Shown: piece after piece, positions 13,766 through 27,176 of the stretch
Position numbering within the stretch: the stretch's first letter is position 1
How the letters are laid out: each line of letters opens with the position of its first letter
DNA from: Amoebidium appalachense
Lineage: Eukaryota > Protista > Ichthyosporea
Length of the DNA stretch: 64,000 nt
Reading direction: 5' to 3'
NCBI GenBank assembly: GCA_963693365.1
Contig: CAVNZM010000009.1
Span: 145,641 to 209,640 of the forward strand
Translations under genes and position numbers: made by a program
Notes under the pieces: generated by a model
Database searches by the model: none
The model's input: only the letters and a program-made list of their open reading frames with translations
What the model was told of the DNA's origin: nothing

Positions 13766-15129
13766 CCCCCCCCCCCCCCCCCACACACACCCGACTTGTC
13801 CTCCAGGTCCTGCAGCCTGTCCCCCCTCTCCACGACCTTAGTGAGGTTATTTCTCATGATGTCGGTGACGTCATCCACCTGCCGCTGCACGCGATTGATG
13901 GTGCCCATATGGTCCCCATCGTCACTGTGGTTGGGGTGCGAGGCAGGGGTAGGCACAGAGGGGCATATTGCAACTATAGTGGTATGGTGGAACTCAGCCG
14001 GGGGAAGTGAGAGGGGAAGGAGGAGGAGGGGTGAGGGGGGAAGGGCGGAGCGGAAGGGGTAGTGTGTGTGTGTGGGGAGGGGGGGGGGGGGGGGGGGGGG
14101 GGGGGAGGGAAGGCATAAAATGGGGTAACCGTGCGAGGGAGAGTGGAGGGCAGGGGTGAGGAAGGGCAAAGGGGGCGGGGGGGGAGGGGGGGGGGGGGGG
14201 GGGGGGGGAGGAGGGGGGGGGGGGGGGGAGGGCGGGCAGGGGAGGGAGGAAGGCATAGGATGCAGTGCACGGTGCTAAGTGCAGATTCACAACGGGTTGA
14301 CGAAAGCAGATGTGCACAATAGAACATAAAAGCAGAGTGCAAAATAAAGGCAGCAAAGGGGAAGACTAGCAGGGCGGAGGGAGTGAGGAGGAAAGAGGTG
14401 TTGAAGAGGCGAGGTAGGAGGACCAGGGAACATATGGTTGGGACTTTAGATAGGGTGGGGTGGGTGGGTGGGTGGGTGGGTGGGTGGGTGGGGTTAGGTG
14501 GAGAGGGGGGAAGGGGGGAAGAGAGAGGGTGGCGTTAGCACCACAGGATGAGCTGTTATCCAGGACCGGTGTGCACACCTGGGTACACTTGTGCGTGCTA
14601 GGGTGAGGGAGGAAGGGGGGAGGGGGACGTGAGGGGGGAGGTGTAGAGTCGTAATGGATTCAGAGATGAGCAGAGAGCACAGTGACGCCTGCACACTGGC
14701 AGAGCAGTCACGGTGGAGACAAAGAAAAAAGGACGTGCATATGGAAGGTAAGGAAGCCAGATTGTGTGGGGAGATGCGGTGCTGCGCTAGGAGAGGGTGG
14801 ACAAAGGAGCAGCAGGGAAGACATCCCCCGGCCCCCCCCCCGGGGGGAGGGGAGGGGGGGGGGGGGGGGGGGAAGGGGGGAGTGAGAGGACAACGTCCCA
14901 AACCATTGATAAATGGTGACTGTGTGGCACAGCAACGATCCAAAACTTCGCTATAACACAAACTCGTTCACCCACACGAAAGGAGCAGGCATGTGGGTGC
15001 ATGTGCACATACAATCAAGCCCACAAAAGCACAGGAGCGTACAAACATACACGTACACGCACACGGTCAAACGCGCGCACGCATACACACACATACACAC
15101 GTGCGCGCACGCACGCACGCACGCACACA

Positions 15130-15161
<32 letters not shown>

Positions 15162-15525
15162 CCAACACGCACACACACACGTGCGCACAAACAGACCAAC
15201 ACACACGTGCGCACAAACAGACCAACACACACACATAAAGAACACACAGGCACATACGTGCACACGCATGCGCGCACACGTGCACAGAAAAACGCGCACA
15301 CACGCACTCACGTTTGCACACACGCGCACACATACACACACACACACACACACACATACGCACAGGCACATACATGAGCTCCTCGTCAGTGCTGGGGTCC
15401 TCCTCGTCCAGTAACCGTCTCTGCGTTCCCCCAGCCAGTCAGCCTGAGGTGCACACACACTAACCAGCGTGCACCCCTCCCCTCCCACGCACCTCATCCC
15501 GCCGGCCTTTACCGCGCCCTGCCAT
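12320..15525 (-). CDS. VAMP4: VAMP4-like R-SNARE (synaptobrevin family); 3' end uncertain
   Basis: Exons 15525-15493, 15420-15374, 13924-13791, 13089-13010, 12478-12427 and probably ~12345-12320. They give [121 protein letters not shown]. Features: R-SNARE zero layer (VERG), WW motif, C-terminal TM, and an N-terminal dileucine plus acidic cluster typical of VAMP4. Terminal micro-exons toward ~11900 are possible. Confidence 0.85.
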
Positions 15526-16339
15526 AGTGGCTGCCCTTTATGTCCAACCCCCTTGGCCTTTCCCTCTGGGCCTACTCTTGGGTCGCAGTGCGTACGTACG
15601 AGAGTGCCTTAGCTAATTCGACTCGGAAACCGTGGCAAAGCCAAGGCCTCCTAGATAAACGGGCCATGACACGAGTTTGCGCAAGCACTTGTGACGTCAG
15701 GCGCCCGTTCTATGGGTGAAGATCCTTTTGATTGGGTCTGAGACCGTTTCCATCACATTGAACCCCCAATTTCGTAGATTTTTTTCTTTTGACTGGATTT
15801 ATTCGACGGAAAGGTATGCAAGTATGCACGGCATACTGAGAAGACAATAAAAACTTCACGAGTTATCCAGTAACAAGTGCATACTGAGATACCTGAACAC
15901 TGTGTGAAAATCATATAAATACTCAATGTGACGACCAACAGAATTCAACAAAAAGTCTAAAGTGTTCACATTACCAGCCAGCTGCAGTGTAGCAATCGCG
16001 TAGGCATGCAGTGGGCCTTACAATGGGGCGTCAAGGGTGGGTGTCCACCCCAATGTGTGCTAGTTGGGTATTCAACTTGTACCCGGGGCCGGCGTCTACC
16101 GGCCCCGCCCCGGTGCCAGCTCCCGCCGAGCCGGCTACCCCCGCAAGTGGTGGCGGCGTGCTTCCCCCGCGCCTCAACCACCACCAGCTCCCGTGGGCGT
16201 TCCCATCGGCGACCCTCCCTGGGAAAGGGGCCCAGCCCCCCTCCCCTTGGGGCCACAGCCTGAGCCTCCAAGGCCCCCCTCCCCCGTGCAGCCGCCCCAG
16301 CAAGCTCCCCGGCCACCAGAACCCCCTGCCACCGTGGGG

Positions 16340-17376
16340 ATGTTTAGCGAGTGGCGTGCGGCGGTAATTTCGTCACTGCCTGTCAACCTGCGCCCCACTG
16401 GCCAGCAGCTGGTGGAGCAGCTCCTCAGTGCAAACACGTGGCGCGCATATCAAGCCGACGTGACCCAGTACCTCACCTTTTGCGCCACCCACGAGTTTGC
16501 AGCCTGGCCCCTTACCGAACACGTAGCCCTGGCTTATGCGGCTCACCTGCTAGCGCGCCCGTACCACCCCAGCACGTTAGACTGCAAGTTTGCCGCCCTG
16601 CGCCAGGTACACCTGCTGTGGCACATTCCCTATTTGGACCCGGCCATCCTTGCAACCATCAAGAAGTCCTACGGCAGGGCCCACCAGACCACCACCGCCA
16701 CCCCGCCCGACCCAAAACGGTTTGACGCACCCTGGGTCACCGGCCTGCTTATCGCACAGCTGGGCCGGCAGGACCCCGACGGTGACCGCTGGCTAGCGGG
16801 GGTGCTGTTGAGCTACCTGTTTGGCCTACGGTGGAGCACCGCTGCTGCAGTACAGGTGGGGGACCTGACCTGGGGGGACCCCACCCCCACTGGAGCCCGA
16901 CGCCTCCACCTGACCTTTCGAACCATCAAGCAGGCAGCTGGCAAGCAGATTCGGGCCCCTGTGCGCCACCGCATGGTTCCCCCCATGTGCGCACAGCTGT
17001 TACTGCGCGCCTGCGCGCACATCCGGCAGCCCACCAGCCCCTCCTGCCGTGCCCCAACGCTACCACGGCCGTCAGCTGGCTGCGCAGCGCGGTGCAGGCC
17101 CTCGGCGTGCTCCCCGCCCTGGCTACCGGCATCACCTGGCACTGCCTCCGTCACGGCATGGTCGGCGCTGCTCGTGCAATCGGCATCCCCTTTGCAGTCA
17201 TCAAGCACCTGGGGGTGTGGGACTTCACCGGCCAAACCCCTGAGGACAACTACGGGTTGGGCCACTGCCCTACCCCCGATCCACTTCAGCGACTTGCGCG
17301 AATTGGACCCTGTGCGACTGTCGTAAACTGTGCTCGAAAATGTACTGTATATTATGTAAAGTGTGGTGAATTTTGA
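16340..17376 (+). mobile_element. Intronless tyrosine recombinase (DIRS/Ngaro/Crypton-type YR) with a single -1 frameshift at ~17040
   Basis: ORF 16064-17326 supplies the core-binding domain (LSANTWRAYQADVTQYLTFC...PSTLDCKFAALR), catalytic R (SYLFGLRWS) and K (FRTIKQ). ORF 16831-17376 supplies HxxR (ITWHCLRHG), W (HLGVW) and Y (EDNYG). One extra C in the run at 17038-17041 fuses them into a ~345-aa protein. GC/CpG-rich island lacking microsatellites. Confidence 0.85.
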
Positions 17377-17469
17377 TCGACACTAATCTAGTGGGTTTTA
17401 GTTGTCGTTGCAGAGCAAAAATTCGTAGATAGTGGACGTAGGTAGCAAGTATAAGTTATAAATGTCTGA

Positions 17470-17580
17470 ATTGATTGGACAATTCCATTTATTAACTTAT
17501 TCTTCGGCCGTCTGATTGGGCCACAATGGTTATGTGGCCAATCAGCGGCCTGGTAGAGGAGGCTTATGGGTATATAAGCC
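17470..17580 (+). promoter_or_regulatory. Putative promoter upstream of the ABC transporter gene (clustered CCAAT boxes, TATA-like GTATATAAG)
   Basis: GATTGG at ~17473 and ~17514, CCAATCAG at ~17538, TATATAA at ~17571. Confidence 0.35.
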
Positions 17581-17690
17581 GACCTTAGATCGGTCGTCTA
17601 TTAGCATATTCCCCGTCGCCTCCTCTCTCATCGCCCACCCTCCCGCCCGCACATATTTTCTTTCCCCGTCGCAGCTTTCAAGCTTATTTC

Positions 17691-17730
<40 letters not shown>

Positions 17731-17816
17731 TCACACACACACACACACACACACACACACCACACACACGCCTGCGCGCGCAGACGCACATAACATAGAT
17801 ATCTGCACACGGGCAT

Positions 17817-17870
<54 letters not shown>

Positions 17871-19215
17871 TGTGTGTGTGTGTCTGGGGGTGTGTGCTCC
17901 CTCGGTAGCAGTAGCTTCTAGTGGATTCGGTCCAGTGGGCCGAGTCGGGTTTGTGTATTTTGGGACGATTCGGTCCGGTATTGTGTAGTGTGAGTCGAGC
18001 CAATAAAGCAATGAAAGCAAGTAAAGGTTATAAATGAATCATACTGAATGGGGCTCCCACCATTAAGATTTTGACCCCGACCCCCCAAAAAATTGAAGGA
18101 TTCCGCCACCCGGCCACATTTTGGGGGGTTCTTATTCGCGGACGGTATCTGTAGTTGATGCGCTTGAAGCCAATCGGCGGCGTTCGTGCTGGTATTCGTG
18201 TTGAAAAAGATGAACCGTTTGATTGGCTCAACTCCAAAAGCGGGAACTTTATTCGCGAAATTCCTCGAATCACAAAATGCTGACCTAAGCCTTTTCGGGC
18301 CGCAAGTTGCCTTTACTTCCTTGGACTTCCATCAAAAGTTTGGGCGCTGGATACTGTAGACTGATGTTTTGGATAATAACTGTTTTATTACTTGATGCAA
18401 AAACAAGCCAAATAATGCTGAGAAACAAATGTTTCACCAGCCTAACTACACACTTGGCCTTCTTGAGAGTGGACTTGGCGAGGCGGCGAGCGTGGGAACA
18501 CAAAGACAGCACTTATCACTTGGGTAACCAATCAGCGTGCATCCTCGCATGGAGAAAACCGCGTATCCAACCAAATGGCGATTCACGGAACATCTACGAC
18601 CAATCAATTGGTTGGAATTTATTCCCAAGCCCATGTGCGCGCCATATATGGTTCATCAGGACGGGGAATCTTTGCACTCGCCATAAAAACCCAACCCTGA
18701 CGTTTCACGATTCATTTTTCTCGGTGTTTGCAAACGGGAAGGCACAACCAACAGTTAAATTTTTAGTTTGAAAGCATCACATAGAAGGTACGAGGTAGGG
18801 GCACAGGCAGGCTGACTTTGTGCAAAAAGAATATTTTCTTCAAAAAGAATATTTTCTTCAAGCAAGGTTGGGGGATTGGCGTTTCCTGAATTGCCACCGG
18901 TGGAAACACTACTTGTAGCTGGGAGTGAAGCAGAGCTTAGTTGACCATGGTCGATTTCCAACTCTGCAGCGCCAGATGCAGCTGCAGATACATGATCATA
19001 GTTTAGCTGGCACATTTGCTTACAAACTGCACGACATATGCACACATACACCTCACAGGGTTTACGCAGTTTGAGAACACAGGTGCACCATTCTGATAGA
19101 TACACGTCGAACATACACATCAACATTCACTTTCTAGCACACACTGACATATGCTGATTGCTCCCAACCACCCACGCCCACATGCAATAAAAACACACAC
19201 ACACGTACCCATTCA

Positions 19216-19295
<80 letters not shown>

Positions 19296-19296
19296 G

Positions 19297-19548
19297 ATGC
19301 ACAGCAAGTATTGGGCCGTTGGCCTGCTGGTGGTCTCGCTGCTCGAGGCTGCCATAGTGACGGTGCTGCACGTGGAGGTACGTGAGTTAATGGTCTATGA
19401 TTATGTGGCGCACGCAGTAGGGCATACAGTGTGTGGCAAAATCTGAATTACTGGCAAACAACGCGCAGTGGTAGAAAAATTTGACGCGGCGCACGTGAGA
19501 CGCACACACGAGCGTTCCCCCCCCCCGCCCCCCCCCCCCCCCCCCCTC

Positions 19549-19586
<38 letters not shown>

Positions 19587-19591
19587 AAACA

Positions 19592-19630
<39 letters not shown>

Positions 19631-21264
19631 ACTTACACACACACTCGAACAATTATATATATGTGTACACACCCAGTCACCATATCACTTAGGCATACGT
19701 GTGGAACGTACATGGATACCGCATCTTGGTTACAAAACGCTTAAGTTAAGCACACCCACGTGTCACGTGTGGTTCCAATACCTGCCGGGGCTCACCTACA
19801 ACTGGGTACATACAAACTGTTCCTGCTCATATCGGATTCTGAATTCCCGCCCCCTTTCCCCTTTATCCCTTGCATAACCCATTCCCTGGGGGGCTCCCTT
19901 CCATCATCTCCAATCCCCTCCTCCTCCCCCCCTTCCTCCCCCTCCTCCCCCCCCTCCCCCTCCCCGCGGGGAGGTGAACTGCTTGGCCAGCTCACAAAAT
20001 GCATACACCAACATCCCCTCTGCCCCTCTCCACACACCTTATTCCCCTCCCCCTCTCCCCCCTCCCCTCCCCTCCAAGCAGGGCACACACTGGGATGAGA
20101 TCCACCTTCTTAAGGGGGGCTATGGAGGCAGCACTGTTGATGTGTGGGGGGCCACCTTAGTGCGCACAGTGATTCTGTGGGCCACATGCCTGTACCTGCT
20201 TGCTGCTGCCCCCATGCATCTGACCCGCAGGGCTAAGATCCTCGTCTCACTGCGCTATCTGTGGTTTGCCCTCACGAGTACGTGACTACCTTAAACCCCC
20301 CCCTCCCCCCCCCCCCCGCCCTAACACACACCCACACCCACACCCACATCCTCCACCACCCCAACTTTGAGAGTTCCATCCCTCCTACCTCCACCTCGAC
20401 AGATGATTTGACCCTTGCTCTTGCTATGATTGGTGCAGGCACCCACCAATTGCAGTACAGTCGACTGGTCATATTCCAACAATCCAAAAGCTCCCCCTCC
20501 CCCCTCCCCCCTTCCCCCCTCTCTCTCCCCCCACCACTCTCCCCCCCCCCTCCCCCCTCCCCACCCACCCACCCTCTTCCCCCCCCCCCTCCCCCGGCGC
20601 AAAACCAAAAAAGGAAACCCCGAACCCCCACCCCATCCTGCCCCCTCGCCGCTGCGGCCCCATCACCACCATCGCCGCTACCGCCAACCTTTATCCCCCC
20701 GACACACATGTACTCACTCCCTCCCCCCCCCTTCCCCCCCCCCCCCCCCCCCTCCCCCCTCCCCTTACAGCACTGTGGCAGACCTACCTGTTCAGCAAGT
20801 GTCTAGCCCGGCTGGTGGCAGGGCCAGGGGAGGGGGCCATTGGGTCTGAGTGGTTCTGGCCCATCATAGCACTGACGTCAGTGCTGTGCTACTGCGACTG
20901 CTACATACTTGCACATAAACTGCTTAAGAAGGAGCTGTGGTATGGAAGCAGGCTGGGTGATGATGAAGAGAGCGCGCCCCTGCTCACTAGCCGCCACGAT
21001 GGATACAAAGTGGCAAGTGATGCACGTGCACACAGATCTCAGACCATACCTCGCCCCTGGTCCCCTTCCCCTCCCCTCTCTCCCTTCCCCCCCCCCCCCC
21101 CCCCCCACCCCACCCCCTCCAGCACACCCATAACAATCAGCAGTAGAAACAAAGGCGCTATTTCTTTGGCCTGCACGTTTTCTCCTTTCCACTACTGATT
21201 TCCGGAGATGCCCAGCTGCATCCCCCCACCCACCCACCTGTTTTTGTTGTATTTCCTACGTCTT

Positions 21265-21296
<32 letters not shown>

Positions 21297-23515
21297 TTCC
21301 CACCGTTCTCCCCTGGTCACAGCCGCCCTCGAATCTTCGGAAGCAAGTCACTCTTACTCCTTTTTTCCATCCCACACTCCCTCTCCCTCTCTTCCTCTGA
21401 TATCACCTTTGTTCCCTCCTCCCCCCTAACCCACCTGTTGAGAGTGGGCTCTGCTAATGATACATGTGTATGTTTTGCTATCTGCATTGTAGTTGATGGT
21501 CCATCGTGTGTTTGTACTTGGTGCTCTGTAGCATAATCTAAAACCCCTTTTAGTGCTTACACTGAAAACGGCCTCCGACTTGACACAAGGCAGAATTTGC
21601 TATACTATGCAAAATTAATATTATTGATCGAACCATGGCGGCCAATCATACGATGGAAAAGGCTGATTGGAGGCCGTTTTCAATGCAAGCATTCTAGCCC
21701 CTTGTAACATAATCTAAAAACCCCCTATCTCCCTCTAACACTTTCTACCCCCCCCCCCCCCCCCCCCCCAGCTCCAAGAGGATGCCATCAACAAACCGCA
21801 CCGGGCCAGCATCGGCAAGCTGATTGGTCTGTCTGCCCCCGACACTGTGCCGCTGGTGGTGGCCAATCTGTGTCTGATCGTCGCTGCGGCAGGCCAGGCT
21901 TACATCCCTGCACTCACCGGTATGGTGCACCCCCCCCCCCCCCCCCCCCCCCCTCCCTCCCCGGAACCCTGCCCATCCCCCTTCCCCCCTCCCACCTCCT
22001 TTTGCGGTCCCCCTCCGCCCCCAACACCCTCCACCCCCAACCTATTCTTCATCCCGTGCTGCTTTGCTCTGCACTCGAGTTTTTCACCCCGCCCATTCAC
22101 CCTCTTTCACTTTGCACTCCGTGGCTCCCCCCTCCCCCCCCCCCCCCCCAAAAAAAAAAAAAGAGTCTTCCCCCCTCCCCTCTTCACCCCCTCCCCCTCC
22201 CCATTCTTCTTCTTCTGCTCCCACCCCTTTCCCTCCTCCCCTCCTCCACCCCGGGTTTCTACCGTCCAGGGCATGCAATACCCCTTGTACCTTCATCTAA
22301 CCCCCCCTTCCACACCCCCAGGCAAGATCATCGACTATGTAGCTGTGCAGCATGACACAGCAGCCTTTATGCACTGCTCTGGTATCCTCCTGCTCACGAC
22401 CTTTGTGTGTGCCATCTTCACTGGGATAAGAGGCACCATCTTCCAGCTGTGCATCAGCAGACTGACTATCAGAATCAGGCTCATGCTCATGGAGTCCCTC
22501 GTATGTGACCCCCCCCCCCCCCCCCCCCCCCTCCCCACCCCTTCCCCTTCTGCCCCTCCTCCTTCGCCGGTCCCTCCCCCCTCTCCCCCCCCCACCCCCC
22601 ACACACACACCATCACCACCAACCCTCCCCCCGGCCTCCATTCCTCGCTCCTAGGGGATCTTTGCCCCGACCTGATTTCGTTCTCGTTTGCGGTTTTAGT
22701 TACGTGTTGACGCCGACCCCTCGCACTGCACCAAATATTCGCTCCTTCTCTCCATGGATGGAGACTTTTACAAAGTCTCCTCTACGACCCTTGTGTGTGT
22801 GTGTGTGACTTGCGTGGTCTCTTTAACGGTTGGCTGCCTACCCCCCCCCCCTGCCCTCCTCCCCCCCCCCCCCCCCCCCCCGCCCCACTCTCGTCCATCC
22901 AAGCACTACCACTTACACAATGCCCGATGCATGTCAAACCTCATCTCCCCTCCCCCCCCCCCCCCCCTCCCCGCCCCACCCCCCTCCCCCCAGTCCCGCT
23001 TACCCCCCACCCACCCACTCACCCAACTCACCCACACCTTTCACAGCTGCGCCAAGACATCGGCTTTTTCGACACCAACAAGAGTGGTGAGATCCTATCC
23101 CGGCTCAACAACGACACCAACAAGATGGCCGACAGCATAGGCCTCAACATGAACATATTCCTACGGTCTATCGTGCAGGGCATCGGTGTGCTCGTCTTCA
23201 TGGTCTTCCTCAGGTCCGTACAGGCCCTCTGCACCCATCACCTAGATACTAATTTTCAGGCCTGTATAGAGCTAAATCATGTATATATCGTGACTCATCA
23301 TGTATATTGGCTGCCAATCAGCCATGCCCCCTCCCCCCAACCCCTCTCCCCCTCCACCCACCCACCCACCCACCCACCCACCCGCGCACCGCTTTGATTG
23401 AAACGTGTGGCACACATCCTTTTTAGGTAGTGCAGCCAAGAAAAACTTCCATAATGAGTCAACTAACCACACCTTCTAATCCCTTTACAACTTTTTCTCA
23501 CTCTCCCCTCCTCCA

Positions 23516-23607
<92 letters not shown>

Positions 23608-25545
23608 ACCCCCCTACCGTCCCCCCCCCCCCCACACACACACACCATTACCCCATCCATCCTCACTTTGCACCCCCACTCCCTTCCCTCCCTCCCCCCT
23701 CCCCCTGCCCCACCCCCCCCCCCCCCCCCCAAACACACACACCACCCACAGTTGGAAGCTTACCCTCGTAACCTTTGTGACGGTGCCTGTCGTTGTAGTT
23801 CTGACCAAGGTGTTTGGGGACTACTACCGCAAACTGAGTGAGGAGTCACTGGACCACATGGGCAAGACCTCATCCATTGCGCAGGAGGCACTAGGAAACA
23901 TGACCACTGTCAGGGCATTTGCTAGCGAGAAGGAGGAGTTGAAGGGCTATGCTCAGGGGCTGCATAAGTTCTATGAGATGAGCGTAACAAAGGCATACCT
24001 CTACAGGTATCTACACTCCATACCGCCCCAACACGGAACCCCTTGCCCCCCCCCCCCCCCCCCCCCCCTCCCCTCCCCGCTTCTCCCTCCCCCCTCCCTT
24101 CCCCCCTCCTCCCCCCTTGCTCCTCGGCACACCGTCCACCTCCCCTTTCACCAGCCCCTGCTCCCCCGTTCCCCCTCTTGCCACACACACACACCCCATA
24201 CACGTCCAATTTTGAGCATTTTACAACGTGGTGAGTGCTCCACCAAGGGTAAAACCGCCATCACGAATGTTTCCACTCAAATGCTTGCTCTTTTTTTGGT
24301 GCACTGCAATATCCCAATTAAGTTGTCCTTTGTGATTGTACCTCATACTCAGTGATACATTCTAACCCCCCCCCTCCCCCCCCCCTCGCCCCCACAGCGC
24401 TTACTCCCTGATCTTCACGATCCTACCCAACCTCGTGTCCACCCTTGTTCTCTTCTACGGCGGCAAACTAGTGATCGAGGATGAGATCACAGGCGGTGAC
24501 CTGGTCTCCTTCATGCTCTACCAGCAGGCGCTGAGTGGCAACTTTGATGCCATGGCTAATGTCTTCTCGGGGTTCACTGAGGCACTGGGCGCTGCTGACA
24601 AGGGTAAGAGAGAGGAGGAGGGGACGGGGAAGGGAGGGAGGGAGGGGAGGGGGGGGGGGTTTAGTGGGTCGGGGCGGGGGGGGGGGGGGGGGGGGGGGGT
24701 ATTGGCTGGCGAGGTGCATTGTCTGCTGAGGGCTGTGAAAAAGAGAAGTGATATTTCAACTAGTAGTGAGATGTTGATTCTGAGCTAAGACAATATGAAG
24801 TCGGGGTCTTCTGATTGTGTGCAGTCTGTCGGTGTACATGTGTGTGTATGCTTGATTGGTGTAATACTTGATTGAGGAAAACGACGAGGGGGGGAAGGGG
24901 TGAAGAAAAAGGAGGGGGAGGGGGGGGGGGGGGGGAGTGGGGGGAGGTATATTAGGATGTGAAGGATGTTATGTCCGTATTGTACAAGTACCGACTTACT
25001 GTGATAATGGGGTGGAGAGTATAGAACCGTTTTTCTGCATATAAGCTAACCAGATGGAACACAGTGTTTAGTGATATTTCAACTAGTAGTGAGATGTTGA
25101 TTGTGAGCTAAGACAATATGAAGTCGGGGTCTTCTGATTGTGTGCAGTCTGTCGGTGTACATGTGTGTGTATGCTTGATTGGTGTAATACTTGATTGAGG
25201 AAAACGACGAGGGGGGGAAGGGGTGAAGAAAAAGGAGGGGGGAGGGGGGGGGGGGAGTGGGGGGAGGTATATTAGGATGTGAAGGATGTTATGTCCGTAT
25301 TGTACAAGTACCGACTTACTGTGATAATGGGGTGGAGAGTATAGAACCGTTTTTCTGCATATAAGCTAACCAGATGGAACACAGTGTTCGAGCTGATCTA
25401 CCGTGAGCCCGAGGTGCGCACTGATGGACACATCAAGACAAACGACGAATTTAAGGGCAAGAGTAGGTGGCCTGCATGCATATGTGCATGCACACACACA
25501 TGCGGAACAAGCACACGCACAAACCCACATGCACATGCACATGCA

Positions 25546-25610
<65 letters not shown>

Positions 25611-27125
25611 ACATAGACACTGTTCACGCATAGCACATATGCACATGCAAATACACACACACTCGGGAACATGCAGAAGGAAAAGGCGCACGCATGCTCA
25701 CACCCGACATACACGCACAAAAAACACGTGCACGACCACACACACACACGCACACTCGCACACAAACACACACACACAACTTGATCTTTAATAGCACCTA
25801 CAGCACTCTTTTGTACTGGCCCCCCCCTCCCCCCTCACCCTCTTTCTTCCCTCTCCCTCCTCACCCAAACCTTTCCCCCCCCCCCCCGAAACCAAAAAAA
25901 TAAGAAAAAAAGAAAAATAACGAACCCATGCCTTCCGCTCTTACTTACCCCCCCCCCTCCACCCCCCAGTCCAACTCGAGGACATTGTGTTCCGCTATCC
26001 TGCCCGCCCTGAGGTGACGGTCATGAACGGTCTGAATGTGGAGGTACAACCAGGTGAGGTGGTAGCCCTGGTGGGGCCCAGTGGGGGGGGCAAGAGCAGT
26101 GTGATCAACCTGGTCGAACACTTCTATGAGCCCGCATCGGGCAAGGTGTTGATTGATGGGCTGGACATTGGAGACTACGACCATGAGTTCTTGCATGAGA
26201 AGGTCGTACTGGTCGGCCAGGAGCCGGTGCTGTTTGCACGGTCTATCAAGGATAATATCATCTACGGCCTGAAGGTGAGGGGAAGGGGGGGGGGGGGGGG
26301 GAGACGGGAAGTGGAGGGGTGTGTGTGTGAGGGGGGGGGGGGGGGGGGGGGAAGGTAAAGGGAGATGGGAAGGGGGGTAGGGGGTTGTGAAAGGAGAAAG
26401 TAACAACAGATATTGGTGTGGGTGAGATGTATTGGGGGGAAGGGGGGACGGGGAGGAGGGGAGGGGAAGAGGGGAGGAAGGGGGAGTAGGATTGGGTGCA
26501 GAAAGATGTAACGGATGGTGTCAGGGTAGTGGAACGGTAACATTTACAAAGAGTGTGATGGGCACAGCCACAGGTGTGTTGGTGGGGGCAGGGTGTGTGG
26601 GTCGGTGGGTGGGTTGGGGGGAAGAGGGCGTGGCAGGTGAGGGTGGGAGTCTAGTGTGCAGTCACTGACATTGCCTGGCACAGGGCACACACCGTGAGCC
26701 GACCATGGATGAGATCATGCAGGCAGCCAAAATGGCAAATGCACACGACTTCATCCTGACATTCCCTCAGGGCTATGACACAGAGGTTGGGGAGAAGGGC
26801 GTGCAGCTGTCTGGGGGGCAGAAACAGCGCATTGCAATAGCACGTGCACTCGTGAGGAAGCCCACGGTGCTTCTACTTGATGAGGCGACTAGTGCCTTGG
26901 ATGCAGAGAGTGAGAGTGTGGTGCAGGAGGCCATAGATAGCATCATGAGGAATAAGATGTGCACCGTGCTGGTCATAGCTCATAGGCTCAGCACGGTGAG
27001 AAACGCCGACAGAATTGTCGTGGTAAATGCCTGCTAAACCCCACAATATATCATTCCTTATTAGAATATCATTCTCACCCCCCCCCCCCCCCCTCTCTCT
27101 CTCTCTCCCTCCCTCCCTCCCTCCC

Positions 27126-27176
<51 letters not shown>

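Noticed and set aside
14540-14580. Possible extra VAMP4 exon
   Set aside because: Exons 15374 and 13924 already join in frame, and the candidate adds no recognisable sequence.
15730-15750. GGTCTGAGAC resembling the RNase P RNA CR-I region
   Set aside because: It lacks the GGAA prefix and a CR-V partner, and sits in the VAMP4 promoter next to a CCAAT box.
17030-17045. Programmed ribosomal frameshift in the YR
   Set aside because: There is no canonical X XXY YYZ slippery heptamer at the shift. A single-base homopolymer indel (mutation or sequencing error) is simpler.
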